A stretch of 64,000 nucleotides of DNA from positions 33,536-97,535 of the forward strand of contig JAUCBJ010007021.1 of NCBI GenBank assembly GCA_032718475.1, written 5' to 3'. Position numbers and translations under genes: made by a program. The DNA is from Nemertoderma westbladi. Taxonomy: Eukaryota; Animalia; Xenacoelomorpha. The stretch's first letter is position 1, and every line of letters begins with the position of its first letter. The notes below the pieces were generated by a model. It saw only the letters and a program-made list of their open reading frames with translations. It made no database searches and was not told the origin of the DNA. This document shows, in pieces, positions 1 to 9,963 of the stretch.

Positions 1-53
1 TTACCATATTTCACTATATACTGTATGTCAACATTTCACTATAACGTCTATCT

Positions 54-587
54 TCTATACCTATAAAAATCAAATTCTCTCTCTCTCTCTGTGTTCGAAC
101 TCCTCCAAAACGGGCGGAGGGATCGCGCTGGAACTTGGCATGTGTGTATAACTTTAACCAGCGGTCGTTATAGGCCACTTTTCGAAAAGTTTAATTCACG
201 TTCGGTACCGGTACTGGGTACCGGTACGTCAGTAGGCCTATACCGGTACCAGTACGCCAGTAGGCATATGCCGGTAGCGGGAAATACCGGGTAACATGCC
301 TCGGGTATTGCCTGCTAGTCTATACCTATAAAAATCAAATTCTGTCTCTCTCTCTCTCTGTGTTCGAACTCCTCCAAAACGGGCGGAGGGATTGCGCTGG
401 GACTTGGCATGTGTGTATAACTTTAACCAGCGGTCGTTATAGGCCACTTTTCGAAAAGTTTAATTCACGTTCGGTACCGGTACTGGGTACCGGTACGTCA
501 GTAGGACTATACCGGTACCAGTACGCCAGTAGGCCTATGCCGGTAGCGGGAAATACCGGGTAACATGTCTCGGGTATTGCCTGCTAG
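54..587 (+). mobile_element. Two head-to-tail copies (54-318, 319-587) of a ~267-bp non-autonomous Helitron-like element
   Basis: Each copy starts TCTATACCTATAAAAAT and ends with a GC-rich subterminal hairpin (CCGGGTAACATGCCTCGGG) followed by CTAG. The copies are near-identical and no TSD is visible. Confidence 0.7.
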
Positions 588-1027
588 TAATCTATAAAGC
601 CTACTTTGTTTAAATGTTATTGTTACTGTCTATATTGTGCTTCCCTATGGTCGGTATTTCGGGTGGAATCCTTGCGTAAAGTAAAGGTTTCATATAATGT
701 GTGTTTTAGGTTGCTATTTAAATATAGTAGAAACGACGATGCCGACACAATGTTTGTCCAATATCGCGTTAATACCTTTACGAGTACACTCCGGGTACTT
801 ATTTACTCCTTGTTGAATCGTATATCGAAGTCTAACTCTATTATTTCTGCTTGTTATAATGGTTGCTCTGACTCAGTCCTTCGGGACCGTTGGAACACAC
901 TATTAATGTAATTTAATTATTTGTAATAACCATATTGTTGTGCTATAATTATTAAACATTTATTGTATGTACAATGGGCTACGGCCCGATTAAATAAAAG
1001 TAATAATAATAATAATAAATAATAATA
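588..1027 (+). mobile_element. 5'-truncated 3' end of a non-LTR retrotransposon (C-terminus of the RT ORF plus 3' UTR)
   Basis: ORF 606-911 reads LFKCYCYCLYCASLW...LRKVKVSYNVCFRLLF, typical of the post-RT region of LINE ORF2. It is followed by AATAAA and a (TAA)n tail at ~993-1027. Confidence 0.7.
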
Positions 1028-1030
1028 CTG

Positions 1031-1410
1031 TAATAACTTACCCTATTTCACTATCTTACCCTATTTCACTATAAGGTACCATATTTCACTATAACTTACC
1101 ATATTTCACTATAACGTACCATATTTCACTATAACTTCCCATATTTCAATATAACTTACCATATTTCACTATATCTAACCATATTTCACATTTCTTACCA
1201 TATCTCATTAAAACTTACCATATTTCACTATAACTGTATAACGTAACGTACCATATTTCACTATATATTACCATATTTCACTATAACTTACCATATCTCA
1301 CTAAAACTTACCATATTTCACTATAACGTACCATATTTCACTATAACTTACTATATGTCACTATAACTTACTATATTTCACTATAACTTACCATATTTCA
1401 CTATAACTTA
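1031..1410. repeat. 20-bp satellite (CCATATTTCACTATAACTTA)n, left part; a fragment is also at 1-45
   Basis: Tandem units are directly visible. The array is interrupted by LTR element 1 and resumes at 14302. Confidence 0.95.
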
Positions 1411-2601
1411 TGTAAAAGCTTTTGTGGGATAACTGATACGTTTGCCTTTGCTGGCCAGTTCCCCCCCAGTCGCTAGAATACTCTCAAAGGGATTTATAAC
1501 TAAAATAGTGCAAGCTACCAGCTTATTGGCTGATGTGCTATACGGAGATATCTGGGCTCAGTTTAATCGGCCAACTAGCTTAGAGAGGTTGCCTTAGCCT
1601 TGCTGCCCGTGTCGGCCAATAGAATTTGCGTGGGCGTTGATTTCGACCTATCCCAGCGCTACTGAACTGAATTTCCTATCTCTATGCTCATCCTCTGTGT
1701 TGAACGGGGCTTCGTGGAATAAGGGTTTTTGGTATACTCGTATAGTGGTAGTAGTCATATGATTTTATATGATTCTGTTGTTATGTTCCCATTTTTCGCC
1801 ATAACACCGGCTTTTTGGGAAGAACTCTAGTAAAACTGCTTAAATTATCGAAAGTATAAACTGTTACCTCACCTACCGATCAATCTAATCAATCAACCTA
1901 CCTATTAATCATATTGTTTGTACTGTTATTTACCGTCAGTTATTAATTGTATCTATTTGTTGATGGAAATATTGCTCTTTGGAGAATACTGATAAATCAC
2001 CCAAATTTCCCAATTTTCTTGATACACTACAGGTTAGAGAGACAGGCTATATATAACAATTGCGATTTATATTAATGTGGTGTATTGAATCTAATGTTAT
2101 TTAGCAGACCCTACATGAGTCAATTACTGCTCTCTTTATGTGTGATCAAATATACTGACGGTCGGCAGAATAGTGTGCATGATTGTGATTGGTAACAAAG
2201 TATTTCCTAAAGAATACGCTTTATACTTTAATCATAAGCAGTATCGTTGCGTTTAGTATAAGTCCTAGTTCTGTTTAAATAGATAGAGCGCCACGTCCTA
2301 AAGGAACTGTTAATATTTCCCGAAAGCCAATAATATCTGTCAGGAATTAATTATTAACGATCTATCGAATAATACAGTAAGTTTACACTGCAACCTTACA
2401 CTGCGATAATAAAATTTAAGCATCCGAATTCAGCCTCCCGGGTGTAGATCCATCGGGTGAATGATCGCGCATGGGCTGACTTCGGCTAATGTTTTGTGTA
2501 TTAGCATAAAATATCGTCGTATGCTAAAGGTGTTTTAATTAACTAAAAGACATATAAATTTTGGCAGGTTAAACTGCTAAAGGTCTTCAAAAGCGCGAAC
2601 A
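1411..2601 (+). repeat. 5' LTR of copy 1
   Basis: TGTAAAAGCTTTTG...AAGCGCGAACA; direct repeat of 13111-14301. Confidence 0.97.
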
Positions 2602-2614
2602 GTAACAGTTTATA
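2602..2614 (+). promoter_or_regulatory. Non-tRNA primer-binding site of copy 1 (GTAACAGTTTATA), complementary to LTR positions 1855-1867
   Basis: Abuts the LTR end, has no TGG, and is the exact reverse complement of TATAAACTGTTAC inside the LTR. It covaries in copies 2 and 3. Confidence 0.75.
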
Positions 2615-4338
2615 ATCTTATTGCAGTAGGCAATAAGGTTGCAAAATACCGTAGTGACTGGTAAAACTGAACCGGTGCTTCTGTAGGTCAGTAGGCCTAA
2701 CTGTCATCACCGGTACCGGTACTGCTGTACAAGTACATTTAGTATTATTCGATTTTGATTATTGTATACCGGTAGGCTGTTTAAGAGATTAGGGACTGTA
2801 CACCCCTTGTTTCTTTTGGAGCTTACTTATTTCTGTCGGTTTTATTTCCTAGTAAGTTAATATTGAGCTGAAGACGTGTAAGTCTGCTCAGATTGTTCAA
2901 ATAATTGTAGGCTGAACTGCTGTCTGACTGTGTTGAGTTTGGAGAGATTACGGCGTGTGTAGAGTTTGTCTGATAAAGTGCCGTTAGTAAGTTGGGGCAG
3001 CCATATGCGGTAAGGTCAATCCCCTCTTAAAGAATAAGTCGTACTACCGTGTTAGAACGCATACTAACTAACAGTTTCAGAGTCTGCATATACTGTAGTT
3101 TATTTAGGCTTGATCGTAGTCTGCCAGTGTTTTGGCCTGTGTCTGTTTGAGTATTCTGTACGGGTAGCGTAATATTTATTATTCAGAGTTTATGCGATTA
3201 TTCGCAACATTCATGTCCCCAAGTTTATTCCTACAGTAATTGTGCTTGTTATACATACCGTTATAGTTAAACTAACCCCGGTACTACATCAGGGCTGCTC
3301 GGCGTAGGTAAAGACTGGAGATTTTGTGCTTCGGTCACTCCAGCAGATGCCGTGGTTCTTTTAACTGTTCAAGTATATTTAACTACTGATTATTTGTTAT
3401 ACCGGTACTTGTACCTAATTTAGGGTTTAGTGTACAGTGCTTTCCGAAGTAATTAGTGTAGGCAGTATATTTGTGTTGTAAAGTGGTTGATAGGCACATT
3501 CGTTAGCTCTATTAGCTTCTGGGTAGGAACAATCAGTGATACATAACGTAGTACCTATAGCGATACGGTTATAGGTCGTCAGGCGGTGGTATTTTCCTAT
3601 CTGGACAGTACAGTATATTTACTACTACTTATTATTTCAAATACCGTAGTACCCTGTCCGTTGTAATAACCAGAAATCTAACCCTTTGTTAGGCTGGTTT
3701 GTAGTTCCCTGTAAAATTACCCTAAAAATTTCGTACGTAATATTTTGTTGTGTTTAATTAGAGAATTAATCTCATCAGTATCGTAAGTAATTTGTAGTAT
3801 TAAGTAACTTAGGTAAATTAGAATTATCAGTTTTAGTGTCAAATAAATAGCACTTCACTGAGAGGCGTTCAGCTTCTGTGTAGTGACTCCCCCAGAAATA
3901 ATAACATTTATTTCAAATATTGACAAAAACCCATATAAACGGGTATATAAATATTATAAATCAAATCAAACGATTTATAAATAGTAGGCCTTTCATACAA
4001 CAACTAGGTCTCACTACCAGTTGGACTACTACTTAAACAACGGTAATAAAGTAAGTTAAAGTAACTACAAACTAAGTAACCCTAAAATATTCAGGAATTC
4101 AATTATTCTAAAAATAATTGACATACCGGTACTTACTATAGGCTTATTATATTTATCTCTATAAATTTGAGCTGAAATCATACCGGTACTCTGTAATTAA
4201 TTCTAGTTCATAATTATACTTATATACTATAAGTGTAAGCTGTATACCGGTATTCACTAGGCCTATAGGCCTACTATATATATGTATATATTTGTGCTAA
4301 ATTATATACCGGTACTCTGTGACAAATCTAGTCTGTAA

Positions 4339-5168
4339 TAGGGCTCGATCGGAGTTGGGATTTGGCCGGAGCCGGAGCAGGAGCCGGAGTTGGACAATTT
4401 GGCCGGAGCCGGAGCAGGAGTTTTTCAAAAAATTTTAAAAATTTAAATATTTATTTAAAAAAAATAAAGTATGGTTATCGTTCGCCAATCGCTCATAATC
4501 AATCATACTGCTGTACTGTAGGTCTAATTAATTTCATAATTTATAGATTTACGAATTTTCAATTTAAAATTTAAGTAATTAATTTATCACGGACAGACGG
4601 CCTGACGCTGACGGCTAAAAATTACCTACAGTACCTAACTCACTAACTGTCTAACTGTGGCTGTGTGGTAGAGGTGTGTACTGTAGGTTGCCTACCGCTG
4701 TACCGTAGGCTACATGTACCAGTACTGCCAGACCAGCAGACTGCAGTACATTATGCTGGCATGACAGTCCGTAAATGGCTGCAGTGGTGCAGTGTACAAT
4801 CATAGCATTTACAACAATTTTTTACAGTATGGCCTATCTGTAATAGTCTGCTGGTCCAGTGTCCAGTAGTCAGCCAGCTGGCCAGTACCAGTACTGCAGT
4901 ATAGTCAGATAGTCAGGCAGTCATTGACTAAGTAAATACTGCAGTATTATGCTTGATATTGAAGCTGTACTACAGTACTGCAGTATGACAGTACTTATAG
5001 CTGTATAGGCCTAGTGTAAATAATTGTTCAGATTAGAATATGCACGAAATATAATACTTTATCAAAAAAATTAACTCCGGCAATATTTTTACCGGAGCCG
5101 GAGCAGGAGCCGGAGGTGCCAAAATGGCCGGAGCCGGAGCCGGAGGCCGGAGCTCCGATCGAGCCCTA
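4339..5168. mobile_element. hAT-superfamily MITE (830 bp) inserted in the leader of LTR copy 1
   Basis: 16-bp TIR TAGGGCTCGATCGGAG / CTCCGATCGAGCCCTA, 8-bp TSD GTCTGTAA (4331-4338 / 5169-5176), subterminal CCGGAG repeats. Absent at the homologous site in copy 2. Confidence 0.92.
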
Positions 5169-5346
5169 GTCTGTAATAATACTTATATATATTATAAGCA
5201 TACCGGTATTCTAATATATTGTATATATATCACGTTACACTGAGTAACGGTACCGGTAATAAATCGCTAGGCTTGCGGTCATACTGAATTACTAGACTTG
5301 CTTTAACTGAAAATATAGTAGTAGACATTCAACTGTATAACTAAAC

Positions 5347-8300
5347 ATGTCTGACACTCAGCAAAACCTGTCAGACAGTCTGATCGATACAACTATCTGT
5401 GATTCAGATAGGAGTGTGGAGCGAATAAGAAAGGAGTTCGGCTCACCTCCTACTGTAAAAAAGGTCATCCCTCCAGTAGTATCAGACCCTAGGCTAGTCC
5501 ACCATAGGTCCATCATAGGCACTCGGGCACAAGTAAAACGGGACCAAGAGGCAGTTGTCCTATCGCAGCAACATCTTGGTCAAGAACCTACTTCCCAGCG
5601 ACCCGATAGCTCCAGCAGTTCGGATACTGTAGAGTTGACTCCCGAACATGGAGTGCAGATGGCTGATACAGTCTACTCGGACCCCCTTCTTACTCTTCCT
5701 GCTGCAGTGCTAACTACTATATTCATTGCGGTGGAGGAACATCAAGCCGACTGGGCGAAGAATAAGCGAGCGACCCAAGATAATTACGCGGGATACGCCA
5801 GGGAAGAATTGATATCTATTGTTGAATCACAATGGAACTTTCCCGGACTCGGACTTCCGTTGGATCTGTCCGAGGCTACTTGGGAAGATATACACAGGAT
5901 GGGAGTGGCTAAAGATACAATGGATCCAGCTGTTTGGAAGAGGTCGGCAGCAGGATATGTGCAGGGATTCTTCGGATCCTTGGATCGATTGGAAGAACAA
6001 CTGTTTCGACAACCTCACGGACCTCAAGAGCAGGAAGAACTGCTATATCAAATACGCGAAAGAACCCTACGCATACGACTAATCCTCTCAGCCTTTGAGG
6101 AAACTTCCAAAAGAAGACAGGACACGTCGCTGCAGGTTGCTGTCAAAACTTGGCTACATCGGGTAGATCTCAAAGTACAGGAAACGGCCCAGTGGAAATC
6201 CCAGCTGGCTGAGAGATCAACCTATGAAGAACCAACTGATGTCACCCTTTCTCAAGCGAAAAGCGAAGAGGCCGCCGAGGAACCGCGAACTAGAGACGCT
6301 ATCGACATTTATTTGTCCGACTATCAGCGATTCCTAGGAGACGAAGAGTTGAGGAGACGGCTGTCTGGACTTTCCCCTAATAGTGAAGGAACCAAGCTTG
6401 TGTTGGACTCAATCGATGCCGAAATGTTAGCTGCAAACCAAGCTGAATGTGATGAAAAACTCCGCCTCACTAGAGTCCGAGAAGAACAAATAAAGAAAAG
6501 AAGGATAGAGGAACAAAAGGCGGCGGCTATGGCAGATGCAGAAGCAGAAAGAAAAGCAGCAAAGGCGGCGGCTATAGCAGATGCAGAAGCAGAAAGAAAA
6601 GCAGCAAAGGCGGTGGCTATGGCAGATGCAGAAGCAGAAAGAAAGGCAGCAAAGGCAGTGGCAGAAGCAGAAAGGAGAGCATCTGAGCAGACTACCCAAC
6701 TGGAGTTGGAAAATCTGCAAGAGACACAAGACAGTATAAATAAACAGTTTACTGCTAATCAAATGCAGATGATGAGAAAATCTAATCCCAAGCGCCAGGG
6801 ATACACATCCTCGGAGGAAGGCGATACTACCGATCCTGAAGGCGGAGGAAATAGATCTCATCTAAGTAGGCGTAGAAAAACATATTACCGTCGCAAATTG
6901 CCTGATTTGCCCCCAGCTGTTAAAAGACAGCTAACTAGCACAGACTTAGGTAGTGCAGAACCCATAGAACAATTTATCCAGGTCAAAAGACTCCCTACTA
7001 TAGTCGATGAACCTGAAATAATTAGGCCTGTTGTTCCCAAAGTCACTTCTGTGCTAGAGACCCCTACACTTCCAGAGCTTAACTCTAAATTCCCTTTACA
7101 TAGTACTACACTGCCTGTACCCGGTGGAACAGTCCATGCAAATACCCCTGTCCAGATAGCAGAGAGAGAAATCAATAATTTGTCTCCCGTCGTCCCGCGT
7201 CAGCCCGCTACTATGTTGGCGACTCCCGCTTCGGCGGTTGAGTGGGTGGAAGAGGGACGGCGGGGGATGAATCTCCTGCTAGGACAGATGCAGGAGACTG
7301 TCCACCAACTTAAGGGAACAGTGAGGGAAGGTAGAGCAGAGTTGCAAGAAGTGCAGCAAAGTATCGCGCTAGAACGCAACAAATTAGTCAATATACAAAA
7401 AGGCATACCAATACCCCCTGTAACATTGTGTCAACCCGTTAGGTCTGAAGTATTACATGCGCAAGGTGTGGAGCCTACACGCATCTATACTGCTAGTGAA
7501 GTTGAAACTCCTATAGCAAACCCTATTAAGGGTGATTATAGACCTGTTATTAATGATATTCCCTATAGACCTGATAATGATCCGAGAAATTTGTATACCG
7601 ATAATTCGATATTAAATAACACGATGGCCCAAGAAAGCTTTACGCGTCAGATGGCTAGAACAGAAGCCCGCCAAGCGGTCAAAGTGGGAGAGATCGTCAA
7701 ATTCAATGGAGACGAAATGAAATGGTTACCTTTCAACGAATATTACAAAGATAGCATACAGAACTCTGTACTATCTAACGGAGAGAAACTTAGATTCCTC
7801 ATCAAGTGTTTGGAAGGACCTCCCAAGTTAATGGCGTTAAAGTTTATTGGACATCCAGAAGGATTAAGACAAGTTTGGGATACATTAAATATCAGGTATG
7901 GTAATAAGGATAACATAGCTAAGTATTTGTATGCAAAATTAGTAGCCCCCCGACACTTCCTTAGTAGTGGGATTATAGAGTTTTCCGATGAAATTCAAGA
8001 GATCTGTAGACAACTGGACTGGTTAGGTAAGTCGCACGAATACCAGAGTTCCATGGTTATTGGAGCCGTAGTCTCTACTTTACCAAAGGGTGGAGTATGT
8101 ACACGCTGGGACAAGAAAGTGTTGTACATGAATGAACAACAACGACGAAGTCCTACTATGGCTGACCTCATGTCTTTCTTAGATGGTGAAGTCAAACTAC
8201 AACTCATCAAGCAGTCCAGAGAGAAAACATCGGAAAATAAGGTAAGTGAGAAACCCGTTTCTAGGAGAAGGATAATACCAGTGTGTTATACTGACGACGG

Positions 8301-9963
8301 CGAAAGCCAAGCTTCTCAAGAAGAGGACAGCAGGAAAGACACAGCAAAATCTTACTATGACAACAAGACCTATAAAGACGTAAGTAAATACAAGTCTCGA
8401 ACCAGTGACAGGAGAGAACAGGTAACAACAACTCCTCCTACGTCTCCTAAGAGAATTCACGGAAGAAAGCCCGAAGAAAGAACGAGAGTGCATAACGTTA
8501 ACCAAGTTAAGGTGAGTAACATCAAACCAAAATGTGCGCTGTGCGACGGGCCCCACCGTTTGAGTGCGTGTGCTGAATTTCTAAAGAAATCCCCTGTAGA
8601 CAGACGTACAGTCCTGTGGAATAAGCGGTTATGCTATAATTGCCTCAGATCAGGACACCAACGGCGAACCTGTTACTCCGACGTAAAGTGTGCAAAGTGT
8701 GGCACGAAACATCACATCTTGTTACACAGTGAGTTCGAACGAGACAACCCGAGTCAGGTAAGTGAGCCCGAACTACATGTCCAATTCAGTGATGTGAACG
8801 ACACTGACCAAGGTTCTGAGTGGGAAGGATTCTATACAGACGAATTCTCCGATGCCAACGAATCCTGTTATCTAATAAATACCACAGTGTATCGAGCACT
8901 TACGTATGAAAAGGACACTGACGAGTTTACTCCAACTCCTTTTGACAAACAACCATCTTGGAAAGTTCCAACTTCCAACATAGGAATAAGAGAATTTCCT
9001 GTAGTGCAAGTGAGAGTTCATGGTCTCAACAAGAGTTACATAGTGAACGCCCTACTTGACTCCGGCAGCACAGGAACATTCATCGATCAAGAACTAGCCG
9101 AAGATATCTTTGCTGGACAACCCAAGTTCCGGACTAAATTGAATATGTCAGGAATTATGCAGGTTTGGAAATCTACCCTAACGGCAGATTACTATGTAGG
9201 TGTGTTGTCCACCCCCCAGGATAAGTTAGGAACACAAGGTATAAGGTCAGTAAAAATGGTGGCTATAAAGAACTTTGCTACTACTCAAGCAGAACCTTAT
9301 AATTGGGACGAGGATGAGAACATCCAACATCTTAAGATACCTCGATTCCAGACAGATTATCCTGGAGTGCAAATACTCATCGGCCAAAACGCGCATGAGG
9401 CGCTCGAGCCATTGGAGAAACGGCCTGCTCAACCGCAGCCACTGCAAACTTATGCGGTAAGAACTAGAGTAGGTTGGTACTTCACTGGCCCTTCCCGTAG
9501 AACTCTCAAAGAGAGATTACCTCAACAACAGGTATACCAAGTAAAGGAATGGGAAGTGGAGAGCAGTGATGTGGACGATCCAACTGAGGGAACACCATAC
9601 TCCTCAGATAATGACGATATTAACTCCAATGTAGATCAATGGAGACATTGCCTTGGGACGATTAATCCAGCCGACATCGCTTCCAGAGGAGCAACTCCTC
9701 AAGAACTGATAGATACTCCAGGCTGGTTAGGTGGATCCGACTCCTTAAGTAAAGAAGAAGAAGAATGGCCTCCTCATCTTACCACGGCAGAAATTAGACA
9801 GGCCAAGGGAGCGGAGAAAGTAACACAACAACTCAATCGCCCAGCTAGTCGTTTATGTTTACTGGAAAGAGACCGAAAACTGTCCGAAAACTATGGAAGG
9901 CAAGATACTCTTCCTACGACTACTTCCCTAATCCGGCAAATATCTAGGGACTCCATAACGTGA
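5347..9963 (+). CDS. gag: Bel/Pao Gag-protease polyprotein (1538 aa) fused in frame to short RNase H and integrase C-terminal remnants
   Basis: DUF1759-like capsid region (KFNGDEMKWLPF...LSNGEKLRFLIKCLEG). Three Bel/Pao-type Cys/His knuckles (CALCDGPHRLSAC, CYNCLRSGHQRRTC, CAKCGTKHHILLH). Aspartic protease ALLDSGSTGTFI...ILIG...TRVGW. Then QWRHCLGTINPADIASRG (end of RNase H) and RPASRLCLLE (end of Pol). No YxDD or DDE motif. Confidence 0.92.
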   Translation: MSDTQQNLSDSLIDTTICDSDRSVERIRKEFGSPPTVKKVIPPVVSDPRLVHHRSIIGTRAQVKRDQEAVVLSQQHLGQEPTSQRPDSSSSSDTVELTPEHGVQMADTVYSDPLLTLPAAVLTTIFIAVEEHQADWAKNKRATQDNYAGYAREELISIVESQWNFPGLGLPLDLSEATWEDIHRMGVAKDTMDPAVWKRSAAGYVQGFFGSLDRLEEQLFRQPHGPQEQEELLYQIRERTLRIRLILSAFEETSKRRQDTSLQVAVKTWLHRVDLKVQETAQWKSQLAERSTYEEPTDVTLSQAKSEEAAEEPRTRDAIDIYLSDYQRFLGDEELRRRLSGLSPNSEGTKLVLDSIDAEMLAANQAECDEKLRLTRVREEQIKKRRIEEQKAAAMADAEAERKAAKAAAIADAEAERKAAKAVAMADAEAERKAAKAVAEAERRASEQTTQLELENLQETQDSINKQFTANQMQMMRKSNPKRQGYTSSEEGDTTDPEGGGNRSHLSRRRKTYYRRKLPDLPPAVKRQLTSTDLGSAEPIEQFIQVKRLPTIVDEPEIIRPVVPKVTSVLETPTLPELNSKFPLHSTTLPVPGGTVHANTPVQIAEREINNLSPVVPRQPATMLATPASAVEWVEEGRRGMNLLLGQMQETVHQLKGTVREGRAELQEVQQSIALERNKLVNIQKGIPIPPVTLCQPVRSEVLHAQGVEPTRIYTASEVETPIANPIKGDYRPVINDIPYRPDNDPRNLYTDNSILNNTMAQESFTRQMARTEARQAVKVGEIVKFNGDEMKWLPFNEYYKDSIQNSVLSNGEKLRFLIKCLEGPPKLMALKFIGHPEGLRQVWDTLNIRYGNKDNIAKYLYAKLVAPRHFLSSGIIEFSDEIQEICRQLDWLGKSHEYQSSMVIGAVVSTLPKGGVCTRWDKKVLYMNEQQRRSPTMADLMSFLDGEVKLQLIKQSREKTSENKVSEKPVSRRRIIPVCYTDDGESQASQEEDSRKDTAKSYYDNKTYKDVSKYKSRTSDRREQVTTTPPTSPKRIHGRKPEERTRVHNVNQVKVSNIKPKCALCDGPHRLSACAEFLKKSPVDRRTVLWNKRLCYNCLRSGHQRRTCYSDVKCAKCGTKHHILLHSEFERDNPSQVSEPELHVQFSDVNDTDQGSEWEGFYTDEFSDANESCYLINTTVYRALTYEKDTDEFTPTPFDKQPSWKVPTSNIGIREFPVVQVRVHGLNKSYIVNALLDSGSTGTFIDQELAEDIFAGQPKFRTKLNMSGIMQVWKSTLTADYYVGVLSTPQDKLGTQGIRSVKMVAIKNFATTQAEPYNWDEDENIQHLKIPRFQTDYPGVQILIGQNAHEALEPLEKRPAQPQPLQTYAVRTRVGWYFTGPSRRTLKERLPQQQVYQVKEWEVESSDVDDPTEGTPYSSDNDDINSNVDQWRHCLGTINPADIASRGATPQELIDTPGWLGGSDSLSKEEEEWPPHLTTAEIRQAKGAEKVTQQLNRPASRLCLLERDRKLSENYGRQDTLPTTTSLIRQISRDSIT

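Noticed and set aside
2420-2495. HDV-like ribozyme or group II domain V resemblance (CAGCCTCC..., CTTCGGCTAATG, GGTGAAAGGTCGCGCAC)
   Set aside because: The covarying pairings give a nested stem or junction rather than the HDV double pseudoknot, and no AGC-triad D5 hairpin was found. Kept only as an unclassified structure.
2560-2580. TTTTGGCAGG as a tRNA PBS
   Set aside because: It lies inside the LTR (also present in the 3' LTR, before the TSD-defined end) and is one arm of a hairpin.
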